Source: the human T2T-CHM13v2.0 reference genome, Homo sapiens. Taken from it: a stretch of 64,000 nucleotides of DNA. Shown piece after piece: positions 29,961-45,167 of this stretch (positions are counted from its first letter, which is position 1; the number at the start of each line of letters is the position of its first letter). Where the stretch lies: assembly GCF_009914755.1 (NCBI RefSeq), contig NC_060925.1; one strand, given 5' to 3'. A program made the position numbers and the translations under genes. The notes under the pieces are model-generated. The model searched no databases. It had not been told where the DNA came from and worked only from the letters and a program-made list of their open reading frames with translations.

Positions 29961-30800
29961 CTATTGAAGCCCTAAATGATGGTGAACTGCAGAAAGCCAT
30001 TGACTTATTCACAAATGCCATTAAGCTGAATTTGCGCTTGGCCGTTTTGTATGCCAAGAGGGCCAGCGTTTTCGTCAAATTACAGAAGCCAAATGCTGCC
30101 ATCCAAGACTGTGACAGAGCCATGAAATAAATCCTGATTCAGCTCAGCCTTACAAATGGCGAGGGAAAGCACACAGACGCCTAGGCCACTGGGAAGATGT
30201 AGCCCATGATCTTGCCCTTGCCTGTAAATTGGATTACGATGAAGATGCTAGTACAATGCTGAAAGAAGTTCAACCTAGGGCACAGGAAATTGCAGAAGAA
30301 AGTATGAGCGAAACGTGAAGAGCGAGAGATCAAAGAATAGAAAGAGTTAAGAAGGCTCAAGAAGAGCATGAGAGAGCCCGGAGGGAGGAAGAAGCCAGAC
30401 CACAGTCAGAAGCTCACTATGGCTCTTTTCCAGGTGGCTTTCCTGGGGGAAATGCCTGGTAATTTTCCCAGAGGAATATCTGGAATGGCCAGAATGCCTG
30501 GACTCAATGAAATTCTTAGTGATCTAGAGGTTCTTGCAGACATGCAGGATCCAGAAGTTATGGTGGCCTTCCAGGATGTGGCTCAGAACCCAGCAAATTT
30601 GTCAAAATACCACAGCAACCCAAAGGTTATGAATCTTATCAGTAAATTGTCAGCCAATTGGGAGTCAAGCACAGTGCCCTTCTGATAAATAAAGCCCTTG
30701 CTGAAGGAAAAGCAACCTAGATTACCTTATGGATGTCGCAATAATACAAACCAGTGTACCTCTGACCTTCTCATCAAGAGAGCTGGGGTGCTTTGAAGAT

Positions 30801-30988
30801 AATCCCTACCCTTCTCCCCCAAATGCAGCTGAAGCATTTTACAGTGGTTTGCCATTAGGGTATTCATTCAGATAATGTTTTCCTACTAGGAATTAATCCC
30901 TACCTCTCTCCCCCAAATGCAACTGAAGCATTTTATGGTGGTTTGCCATTAGGGTACTCGTTCAGATAATGTTTTCCTACTAGGAATT
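30801..30988 (+). repeat. 94-bp tandem duplication in the retrocopy 3'UTR
   Basis: AATCCCTACC...CTAGGAATT at 30801-30894 and 30895-30988, about 7 mismatches. Confidence 0.92.
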
Positions 30989-32526
30989 ACAAACTTTAAA
31001 CACTTTTTAAACCTTAAAAATATTTAAAACAAATTTAAAGGGTCTGTTAATTCTTATATTTTTCTTTACTAATCATTTTGGATTTTTTTCCTTTGAATTA
31101 TTGGGCAGGGAAGATACTTATGTATGGAAGATTATTGCTCTAATTTGAGTGAAATAAAAGTTTATTAGTGCGAGGCAAACTAAACTCATTTGAGGATAAA
31201 CATTGTATTGGATATGTGGTTCCTGAAGCATTTTGGCTTGTCTTTTTAAATGCTTTATCCTTTTCTTTAAATATTTATTTCAATAAAACTAACTGGGACC
31301 ACCAGTATTTCAGTAGGACCTGGGTAGAGACTGGAAGTACTTGGCAGGGCAGTGGCAATCTTGCTGTGTTTTATATAACATGCATCTTTGGGCAGGTTTG
31401 CCCTTAAATCTCACCCTGTGGTGAAGGGATTTTTTTTTGTAATGCTGCAGTAGAATTGGAGTACTTAGTTCTGTTCTTGTCCAGTATATCTAATAAATGT
31501 TTCATATTATTTCCACATAGGGAAAATGAGGGAGTACTTTTCTTTTTATATTTCTATGCTTAAAATTCTCTTTCCTAGTCAAAAAATGCGCAACTCCGTG
31601 TCTGCTTTCTGCTTGTTAAATTTTTCTGCCTTACTTTTCTTGGGCTAAAGACAGGCTTTTTCCACCAGCATCATCACTGTTATTATCATTAATGGCATAA
31701 TTATACAAGCATATTTAATGCTGTGTTTAATTTAATATGTAATACATAGAGTAATGGTAGGGTAATACCCACAACAACTGTAGTTTCTTACTTGGCCGTG
31801 AGAATGCTTACTTATGTGTTAGACTTCCACTCTGGCAACATCTTGTCATATCAAAAGACACTGGAAAGAGGGATTCCCTTTGTTGTTTGGTCTTCTACTT
31901 AGAAAATACCTATTGGAATTAGAGTTTATCTTGTAGTATTCATATTTGTATTTTGAAAATAATAAGGTTTGAATTAAATTGATATGCACAGAGGGGAACC
32001 AATTTTTTTGATCCAATGTGAATTATAAATGAGATAATCCAGTTGTTCATTGTGGAGTTGTTGAGACTATGAAAGACCCATTGTCTTTGTATTCAGCTCT
32101 TCCTTAAATAGTGTAATCCTACCCCCACCTCCGCTTGCTTTCTTTCCCTCCCCTCCAATGATAAAGAAAATGATAAATTTTCTGTTGTGCATTCAATTCT
32201 TATTTTAAATAAGACTATGTATAGACATCGTACCTGACATTGCTATGTTTCTAACAATGTTTCAATTTAAAGTGCTAGTGCTTAAAAACATTTTCATGGG
32301 ATAAGACCTTGCATACTTTGCTTATTTGAAGAATCAGTGGTAGGTGCAGTGAAGTAAATTCTATGGAGTACATTTCTAAAACAGCACATTTCTGGAATAA
32401 TAAATAAGTTTATTCAGGTTCTAACCCTTTGCTGTACACAAGCAGACAGAAATGCATCTGTTCTGTAAATGAGAAAAAGCTATTATGCTGATGGAGCATG
32501 CTTTTAAAATCCTTTAAAAACACCAC

Positions 32527-33168
<642 letters not shown>

Positions 33169-33285
33169 ATAAACTTGCATTTGAGCTTGTGTGTTATGTT
33201 AACATATGTTCTCCTTTCTCAAAATTGCCAACGTGTACTTGGTTTAACTCAAGAACAGTTTCTTCTGGATTCCTTATCTGATTTA

Positions 33286-33668
<383 letters not shown>

Positions 33669-33943
33669 TCAGAAAGCATCTCAATGACCTGTTTTCTCTC
33701 TGTTTGTAGGTATTTTCTCTTCTGTACAGTGTCCACTCTCAGCAGGATTGTCCCTTGGGGAAACTGCAGCAGCTCCATCTCCTTGCCCCTCTTTTATTCC
33801 AATAGTCATGAGAACTTCTCTCTCACAACCCTTACAGAAATCCTCAGCCTGGCTCTTACCTACCTGAATTGGGTCATACATCCTTCCCTGGACTCATCCC
33901 TGCGGCCAGTCACATGGGATTAATACTGGGTTACTGAAACCCT

Positions 33944-34138
33944 TAGTGTGGTCAAAGAAAACTTTGTGTGATGATGGAAACGTTCTATAATCTACTATGT
34001 CCCATACAGTAACAACTAGTCATGTGTGGCTATTGATTACTCAAAATGTGCTTAAGGCAACTGAGGAACTAAAATTTAGACTTTCTTTTAAGTATGTTAA
34101 ATTTAAACTAAATAGCCATGACTGTATTGGACAGCACT
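33944..34138. mobile_element. MER3 hAT MITE
   Basis: AACTTTGTGTGATGATGGAAACGTTCTATA...TGTATTGGACAGCAC. Confidence 0.75.
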
Positions 34139-35045
34139 AGAGTTGAGAGTGCGGGTCAAACCTACTTATATTACATGGATTGAGGAGTCGTTCCCCAAAG
34201 AAAAGGTTTTGGGAGAAGGAGGTCCTATTTTACCAGAATTGGGAAATATAGATGCCAAGGGGTAAAAGTAGCACATGTTCACTATACGTACTCTAAAACT
34301 TCAACTTTTTATTAACACTTTTTTGACTGATAGTTTCATTTCACGTTATATAGCTCACATCATGTTACCTACAGTTTTTCTAATGCTTTGTTTTTCCTTA
34401 ATTAGAATGCATACAGTAGGAACTTTGGACAGATAACTGTTCAGGCCTGAATAAGAATCCATCCTAAGCTATCATTAGGGATTCACTGCTTTTAATTGAA
34501 TTCTCTTTTATGTACACTGTGTCTTTCAGAGGATATTTTAAATGACATATATGGAACCAAGTTTACATTAAATTTCATGTGGCATTTTTAATACAGATAA
34601 CTGAATGACAAAGTAGTAATCAGTTTATAGATATTGCTGATGTCAAACATGTACAGTAACAATTGCACTACAATGTTCTCCTTTAACTGAAGTATGCAAA
34701 TTTTCTCTTTGATGCTGACTTATTCATTGATTCAACCAAGTTTCCAAGACAGGCAGGGTTCTTGCCCTCATTGAGCTTCTAATTCTCAATTTTGTGAAAA
34801 TATGAGACACCATCCATGTTAGACTTGAAACAAAATAGACCAAATTAATACTGGTTTATTGCAGAAAATTTAGAAATATTAAGACATAATTAGTGGAAAA
34901 TAAAAATTATCTATAATCCCGTCACACAGAAACAACTACCATTAATGTTTTAGTACATATTTATTTAAAAAGTATATGTATATTAGTACTTATATTTATT
35001 TGTATAAGGATGAGAACCTGCTATAGATAATCCTTTAAAACTTAA

Positions 35046-35332
35046 TTTTTTTTTGAGATGGAGTCTTGCTCCGTCACCAGGCTGGAGTGCAGTGGCATGA
35101 TCTCAGCTCACCCTAACCTCTGACTCCCTGGTTCAAGCAATTCTCCTGCCTCAGCCTCCCAAGTAGCTGGGATTACAGGCACGCGCCACCATACCCAGCT
35201 AATTTTTGTATTTTTAGTAGAGACAGGGTTTCACCAGGTTGGCCAGGATGGTCTTGATCTCCTGACCTCATGATCCGTCCGCCTCAGCCTTCCAAAGTAC
35301 TGGGATTGCAGGCATGAGCCACCACGCCTGGC
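35046..35332 (-). mobile_element. AluSc
   Basis: Antisense dimer, TSD AAAACT(T/C)AATTTTT. Confidence 0.93.
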
Positions 35333-38051
35333 TGAAAACTCAATTTTTACATAATCATATGGTCTTTAAAAACATCGTGTTTAATGGCTGCACAGTATTC
35401 CATTGTGTGAATAAAATATATATATATATATATACATCTAAAAAGTAAAACTCTTAGGTAAAAAGGTTATGGACTTTTTTTAACATTTTAAAGATTTAGG
35501 AAATTACAAGTTCCATGTAGGCAAAGGTTTTTGTCTGTTTTGTTTACTGCTAAATACCAGTGTGTAGGACAATGTTTAACACCTAGAGTATATTTAATAA
35601 ATATTTGTTCAATGAGCAAGTGACTATTGGTATATTTCTCATCATAATTCAAACAGCCAAGTATGAGATGACCCATTTCCCTAAATTCTCATCAACTTTG
35701 GGATTTATATTTTTTTCTTTTCAGTTTTGTAGACAGAAGATGGTATCTCATTATGGCTTTTGTTCTAACTTATTTACTTTTTCCAGAAGTACAAATTGTG
35801 TCCAGTCATGCTTACTTAGGCAAAAACAAGTTCTACAGGGTGAGAAACTTGTAGCCTGATTTTGGCTGAATATCTCAAAATCTTAAAATTTTGACTAAGC
35901 AAAATCCAGCAGGATTATGTGTTTGGGAATCATATTTCGGTCCACTAAGAAATCACATGACTAGAGAAGCCACTAAGCCTACTTTACCTCATAACATATT
36001 AACATGTAAAAAGCCTTTAAATGCAGGTATTTGTGTTTTACTAAATCACCAAATAGAGAAACCTAGATAACTGTGATGACCCTGCCTAATATTTAGCTCT
36101 CTCTATTCTCTGCAGAACTTTTTTTCTTCATGCCCTAAATGTAACTCATAGTCTAATACATAAGCACAATCGAAGTTTATTATAAAAACTATAGAGAAAA
36201 TGCAAATAAACCAACATTGGGAGATCCAATCAAATCTCATGTGGAACTGTAACTAGGACCTAGAACACAAACATCTCATGGGGCTGTCTCCTCTCGCCGA
36301 GCATCTGCTTTTATTCTCTTGCTCTTGCCCCCACTCAATCTCTCTGTCTCTCTTTTACTCCTCTCTCTCTGCTGTAGTGCCTGTCCATGCTGAAACATGG
36401 TTCTGCACTGGCTTTAGATCCCTTTCCTATTCAAGCACTTAACTAACTGTGCTCCAGTTCCGAATAAGAGAATTAGATCCACTTCTCTTGGGGAGGTAAC
36501 TGTCCTTCTTCTCCAGCCCAATCTGCTATGACCCTAGGGAAGGATCCCCTACTTCAAATATGGGAGCAAAGATGCCCTATTGATATGGGAGTAGTTAAAG
36601 AAGAGGGGTTAGATCTGATAAACATCCCAAAAGGCATATGTCACAATGTGCCTGCACTTGTTAGATGCTAGGATACAAATATAGGAAGAATTATTATATA
36701 ATATTTATTATATTATTATATAATAATTTATTAATCTAACTTGAGTATACAATTTAAATAATCTTCCAGCCATCATTTAAAAGTCTTTTATGATAATCAG
36801 CAGTTTCTAAAAATCTAGTTTTAATTCTATTGCTAAGCTTCGCTGTATTTATTTTTCAACTTAAGTGTTTTGCCATTTGTCCCTGTCAGAGATCTTTGAT
36901 TCCACAAAAACAATTTTCTAAAGTTTATTTTTTGTTCTACTAAGTATGGGTTCTTATTTCTAGTTATTTTTAACTGAGCTGCTGTATCTTGCAATTTTAG
37001 TACTTTCTTGCAGTACTGTTTTTCTCAAAATTACCTGACTTTGCAAAATTAAATAAATGAAAAGAACTACCTCTTGCAATGCCACATTTCAAGCATTTTT
37101 GAGATAACCCAACTGTGCTGTCTATACTAAGCAAAATGATTCATTGAAACTAGTGATTTAATGATGTACATATTTTTTCCATCTTTTTCATTTTCTTTGC
37201 ATTTCATAATTTTATATTTTCCCCCTTCAATTCCATTGCAATTCAAGTCTATTATGGAATGAATTAAATCATTTTCTATTTCTCATTTAACTGATTTCTG
37301 ACAGTTAATCTTTCCAGTTGTAACTAGGGTGATTTTTGAGGAAAAAGAAAATAAATTACATTTAAGTTACACGTATGAACAATAAACTATTTAAATCAAG
37401 CCATCTCCATCATTAATATCATTCTGGCCATATACTCTGGGTCTTGCAATATATGACACATGGCTAAATTTACGGGATTGGTCATCTTGCAGTTTCATTA
37501 CTTCTCCTATTCAGATATATCCTCAAATTGTGGCAATATGCATGACATGACAGCCTTCCTTAATGACTGATAGAGATAGTTTCACCATGGTTCAGACCAC
37601 TGTGATGAGCATCAATCACTAAGACAGACAAAGATGTCAAAGCTGCTAAGATGCTCTTTAATCCAGTGATCCTAGGAAGGCACAACTGTCAGCACAGATC
37701 TAAGCAATTGTCTAGCTCGGTGGTCCCTAACTTCTTTCAGTTAGAAAACCTGTGTTATACCAGAAAACATCCTTGAAGAATTCCACTTTTATTAAACACA
37801 TATACAATGGCCAACACCAGGCACATTGTAACAAATACCATTTTAGATGTTTTACATATTGCCTTAACCCTTTTTACCCCTTTTCTCTGAAAATTGCTCC
37901 CATTCCTATAGAGGTGGCCACTTGTCCTATATTTGAGGTTAGAAATCTTTGGAAATAAAATTTAAATTTACTAATTATAATAACACATTTATTCAAAGAA
38001 ATAAGTGTAAAGCATGCTATTTATTCAGTCAACAGATAGTGCTTAGTGCAG

Positions 38052-38345
38052 GGCCGGGCACAGTGGCTTATGCCTGTAATCTCTAGGGAGGCCGAGGTGA
38101 GTGGATCACTTGAGGTCAGGAGTTCGCGACCAGCCTAGCCAACATGGTGAAACCCCATCTCTACTAAAATTACAAAACTTAGCCGGGTGTGGTGGTACAT
38201 GCTTATAATCCCAGCTACTTAGGAGGCTGAGGCACGAGAATTGCTTGAACCTGGGAGGCAGAAGCTGCAGTGAACCGAGATTGTGCCACTGCACTCCAGC
38301 CTGGGCGGCAGAGTGAGACTCCATCTCAAAAAGAAAAAAAAAAAA
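38052..38345 (+). mobile_element. AluS
   Basis: Dimer, poly(A), TSD about ATAGT(G/C)CT(T/C)AGTGC. Confidence 0.93.
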
Positions 38346-40883
38346 TAGTCCTCAGTGCTTCAAACAAGTAGAGAACCACTGATCCAGAAAATATACTTGT
38401 TATAAAATTCACTCTTACCTTAATAATTCAGATAATTGAAGAAGTTTTTTGTTGTTTCATTCTTTACTTAACATTATTGATCAACCTGATTATCTACTTT
38501 AGCTAATATACACAGACAAAACCTGTAATTTTATAGGATGCCATGTCTAAGGTATCACAATTACCCTCCCATGATTCAGATATGGTAAAATTATGAATAT
38601 ATTTCTCTGAGGTGCAGTAAAATAGTTTATTTATTACTTCCTCAACATCTCACTCACAGGTGGTTACATTTTGAAAGATTATTAACTAGGCTGTGTAGGC
38701 AAGCACAATAATTTGACGTCAGGAAGCCATTGTCTGAGCTAGCCTCCCTCCTGCTAGGGTCTAAGGATATTATTTACAGAAATGAACCAGTGTATTATGT
38801 TTAATACATTCTTAGAACATTTGTGCATATACTATGTTAGGTTTTCCTATTTTAAGTGTTTCTATGTTACTTGAGTTCATTAAAATTTTTTTCCCACCTA
38901 CTTTTTTTCCCCTTAATTCCATTAGGCTTTTTAAATTCCTACACTGGCTTTCTAATCTATCAATTTTGTACTTACCTATACCAAATGAGAACTCTCACCT
39001 TCTTCAAAATCTGATTCAAAACTGATTTCCTTCAAGAACTTTTCAGAATAAATGCCATGACTTTGCACTTCCTCTAGAGACTCCCTAAGATTTCAAATGT
39101 TCTATCATCTTTTTTTTTTGCAGCATATATATCATGCTTATTATATATTCAGTTTGAACTGCTTTATGCTTTGCAAATTTTCTTTTTTGGTAATTGCAGT
39201 TACTTCCGTATTTCACAGATGTGTGTATGTGCTTGCTGCTCTCTACGTCTTGATAATGCTTTGCTTCAGCCTGATGCAACATGGCCTGTTTGTTTTTTTA
39301 AATTTTGCCAGACAGTGTTCAGTACCATTTATCACTGTTGACTAAGCAACTAACAAATTCTTCCCAAAGAAGAGTGGCAGTGCACTTTGCGGTTTGTTAA
39401 TTCATTAATTTACCCATTAAAGATTATTGATTGATCAACTCCTGTGCTCCTGGCACTGTGCTAAGCACTTGAGATACATCAGAAAAAGAGAGAGACTCAG
39501 CTATAGGGTTGATAATCTGGACCAAGACAATCTGTTCAAGGCACTTGACCCATTATGCTATCCAAACATTGTTCCAATGCTCTCGCTATCCACAGAGACT
39601 AGAGTATCACTAGTCCCTGTCCCTTTTTCTTTTCTCTGTAACCTACTTATTGCTGTTAACACAGTCAAGGGACAGGTAGATAACTGTGAGAAATCCATAT
39701 ATTTTCAAAGGGAAGTGAGTAGTGATCACATATTCATTATCTTGACCTTGGAGCAGGTCAGAGTAGACACAGAAGAAAGGAATGTTACCTGCTGCCAACT
39801 ATTGTTAAGAGAGTACAATGTGAGATCCACCCCTAGTGCACTAGTTGATGTATTGCTGTAAAATCTCTAGGTATTCCAGCTGTAAGAAATACATCAGCTA
39901 CATATCTCAACAATAAATATATTTGAAATTATACTTGTCAGAGAAAAGCTTGAGAGAACTACATATGCTTTTTAAACTCTATTGTTCTTCCTTTATGTCT
40001 TAGAGTTTACCAATATCATTATTAATATTTACTGTTAATTGCTTATGTATATTATTTAATGCCAGCACAGCCTTACAGAGGTACTGTTTTAAATGACAAA
40101 GATAATGATTACTGAAATGGTGATTAAACATACACTATAAGCCTAGCACCTTCATAAAAATCTCAGAGCTCTTTACAAAAGCAATAAAACAACAAACTGA
40201 AATAGCAGCTGTGAAAATCATAAACTAGTTTAAGAAGATAACACTTAGGAGTTTAAGGGTTTTTTGAAGCCCATAAATAAAAAGATGCAAAGTTTCATGC
40301 TCATGAAAACTAGCTTTTAGAATTTGCCAGTGGAGGATAGTAGACTAAGTGACCTAACATTTGTCTTCAAATCACAATGGCTATGTTGAAATGGATGGAA
40401 TACCATATATATGTCTTAAGACTTTTATTTGATTTTCCTAGGCAGAATTGTCAATTGACCAATTTTTTTACATTTAACTTTAAAAAAAAGAAAGACCATA
40501 ACAAAACAAGCTTATGATAAGGGTTTTTATTTTGAAGAAATTTCAAATACTCTTAATCTAAATCCTCTATGCCTTCTATGTTTTACGATATCCATAATAT
40601 TCACTATGATGATCTGAGATACTGTAGAATTGCATTTATCAAGCTACTTGACTATATTCACTATAATTTACTTACTTCAGCAAGACAATCAAACAAAAGT
40701 TTGCTGCAAAAGGTGATACTGGCTGATGCATGAGGTAGTATCTGAGCTCCCTTGACATTGTAAGGTCACTGCAACCAAGGGTTCATTACCACATTGTGAA
40801 GAGTCAGCTTCAATGTATAAGCTGCTGTCCAGAGAAACCTAAAGAAACTAAAGAAAGCAGACCAATCATTAATTGTATGTGTC

Positions 40884-41284
40884 GTATTAGTTTGCTAGGG
40901 CTACCATAACAAAATACTATAGACTGGGTGGCTTAAGCCACAGAAATCTCTCACGGTTCTGGAGGCTAGAAGTCTGAGACCAAGGTGCTGGCAAGGTTGG
41001 TTTCTTCTGAGCCCTTTCTTCTTGGCTTGCAGATGGCTGCCTTCTCACTGTTCTCACCTGGTCTTTCCTCCATGTGCAAGTACCTCAGGTGTCTCCCAGT
41101 GTGTCCTAATTCCTCTGTTTATAAGGGTACCAGTCAGGTTAGATTAGGGCCCACCCTCACGGCCTCATTTTAACTATTACCTCTTTAAAGGCACTGTTTC
41201 CAAATACAGTCACATTCTGAGGTACTGGAAGTTAAGGTATTAACATATGAATGTGGGGGACGGGGCACAATTTAGCCCATAACA
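40884..41284 (-). mobile_element. MLT1A-type MaLR LTR
   Basis: GTATTAGTTTGCTAGGGCTACCATAACAAAATAC...CACAATTTAGCCCATAACA. Confidence 0.85.
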
Positions 41285-41379
41285 TATGTTGCAGTGAGTG
41301 GAAGAGCATCCTTCTACCCCCTGCTAATAGCTCTGTGCACTTGGAACTTCAGAATGTGACCTTATTTGGAATAAAGGAG

Positions 41380-41599
41380 CTAAATGATTTGAACACAGGG
41401 ATACAAAGAAGGTAACTGCAGACACTGGGGCTGACTTGAAGGTAGAGGGTGGGAGCAGGGGGAGGATCAGGAAAAATAACTAATAGGTACAAGGCTTAAT
41501 ACCTGGGTGATGAAATAATTTATACAACAAACCTCCATGACACAAGCTTACCTATATAACAAAGCTGCACATGTATCCCTGAACTTAAACGTTAAAAAA
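41380..41599 (+). mobile_element. L1P 3' end fragment within an MLT1B/C LTR
   Basis: GGCTTAATACCTGGGTGATGAAATAAT..ACAACAAACCTCCATGACAC..CTGCACATGTATCCCTGAACTTAAA. Confidence 0.85.
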
Positions 41600-41896
<297 letters not shown>

Positions 41897-41954
41897 GTTA
41901 AAAAACATTTCTTTAAATAAAATTTTTAATTTTATAATGAAAGAAAAGAAAGAA

Positions 41955-42220
41955 AACATGGAGGGGAAGGTGATAGGAAGATGGAGGCAGAGATTGGAGT
42001 GATGCGTCTACAAGTCAAGGGAAACCAAGGATTGCTAACAGCTGTACAAACTTAGGAGAGAGACATGGAACAGATTTTCCATCGAAGCCTCCTGAAGAAA
42101 CAAAACTTACAACTTGATTTTGGATTTCTTGCCTCCATGACTGTGAGAGAATAAATTTCTGTTGTTTTAAGCCACCCAGTTTGTAGTCACTTGTTAAAGT
42201 AGCCACAGGAAACGAATACA
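41955..42220 (+). mobile_element. MLT1C-like LTR 3' part (second copy 42712-42977)
   Basis: GGAGGCAGAGATTGGAGTGATGC..AATAAATTTCTGTTGTTTTAAGCCACCCAGTTTG..GGAAACGAATACA. Confidence 0.85.
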
Positions 42221-42355
42221 GTTATTGGTACTGGAAAATAATAAACACACCTACCACATACCAATGACCTCCATGCACAAGGCATTATTTTGGTATATGT
42301 TGTCTCTTAAGTCCTCTAATCAATGAAGAAACTGAGGCTTAAAGAGGTGTAAGTT

Positions 42356-42653
<298 letters not shown>

Positions 42654-43079
42654 GTTAAAAAACATTTCTTTAAATAAAATTTTTAATTTTATAGTGAAAG
42701 AAAAGAAAGAAAACATGGAGGGGAAGGTGATAGGAAGATGGAGGCAGAGATTGGAGTGATGCGTCTACAAGTCAAGGGAAACCAAGGATTGCTAACAGCT
42801 GTACAAACTTAGGAGAGAGACATGGAACAGATTTTCCATCGAAGCCTCCTGAAGAAACAAAACTTACAACTTGATTTTGGATTTCTTGCCTCCATGACTG
42901 TGAGAGAATAAATTTCTGTTGTTTTAAGCCACCCAGTTTGTAGTCACTTGTTAAAGTAGCCACAGGAAACGAATACAGTTATTGGTACTGGAAAATAATA
43001 AACACACCTACCACATACCAATGACCTCCATGCACAAGGCATTATTTTGGTATATGTTGTCTCTTAAGTCCTCTAATCA

Positions 43080-43445
<366 letters not shown>

Positions 43446-43467
43446 TCAAGCTAAGAGTCAAACTGAC

Positions 43468-43798
<331 letters not shown>

Positions 43799-44058
43799 TT
43801 ATGGTCATTCTATGATGCTGTACTGAACTGGCAGACAATAGTATCTTGAGGTTATAATGAATTAATGATTTTGTGCTTAAATGGTTCATTTCATTGAACT
43901 TAGACAGTGACTCTTGGAGGCAGTTATAGAGAAGCACAAGAAGTAAGTAGAAGAGGTATCTCCCCTTGATATTGTAGGGAATCCCTGCACCAGCATCATC
44001 CCGTATCTTTCTCTTCTAACCATCCTATACCTAATGGGGTTCCTCTTATTTATTTCCT

Positions 44059-44114
44059 GGATAATTTATTTATTGGGTTATTGGATTATTTATTTATTGG
44101 GTTATTCGATTATT
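44059..44114. repeat. 24-bp tandem repeat, about 2.3 copies
   Basis: GGAT(A/T)ATTTATTTATTGGGTTATT twice, then CGATTATT. Confidence 0.85.
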
Positions 44115-44347
44115 CAGCAGAGCTAAACCCAGTATCATCTGTAGTTTGATGTTGGACAGGAGTGTACTCTTCCTTGACATGGACATAAGAGGCCAATTTC
44201 AGTTTTTAACCTTGATTTTCCCTTAGATCCAGATCTCTATGCCTTATAACCAAAATATGATTCCTGGCTTGCTTCTTTAATGTTTTTGACTCTGAAAATC
44301 CTGAGCAGAGCCTAAGTGTTCACTGTGGATAAGTAGATGAGGAATGA

Positions 44348-44738
<391 letters not shown>

Positions 44739-44790
44739 AACTCCCTCAATCTTAACCTCTTACCAGGCTCCAACTAGTAATCTTTGTCAT

Positions 44791-45167
44791 TGTATTAGTC
44801 CATTCTCACATGCTATAAAGAACTACCTGAGACTGGGTTATTTATGAAGAAAAGAGGTTTAATTGACTCACAGTTCTGCAGGGAGCATGGCTAGGAGGCC
44901 TCAGGAAACTTACAATCATGGCAGAAGGGTGAAGAGGAAGCAGGCGTGTCTTCACATGGTGGCAGGAGAAAGAGAGAGAGAGTTAAGGGGGAAGTGCCAC
45001 ACACTTTTAAACAACCAGATCTTGTGAGAACTAATTCACCATCATAAGAATAACAAGGGGAAATCTGCCCCCATGATCCAGTCACCTCCCACCAGGTCCC
45101 TCCCCCAACACTGGGGATTACAATTCAACATGAGACTCGGGTGGGGACAGAGAGCCAACCATATCTA
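44791..45167 (-). mobile_element. MST (MaLR) solo LTR
   Basis: TGTATTAGTCCATTCTCACA..GAACTACCTGAGACTGGG; TSD GTCAT. Confidence 0.9.

Noticed and set aside
30368-30685. 105-aa ORF containing the ST13 C-terminal domain as a possible functional retrogene
   Set aside because: Its N-terminal part is out of frame relative to ST13, the upstream CDS has frameshifts, a stop and an AluY, and no promoter is evident.
39427-39861. 144-aa plus-strand ORF
   Set aside because: Non-ATG start within an L2-like end, no recognisable homology, no convincing exon boundaries.
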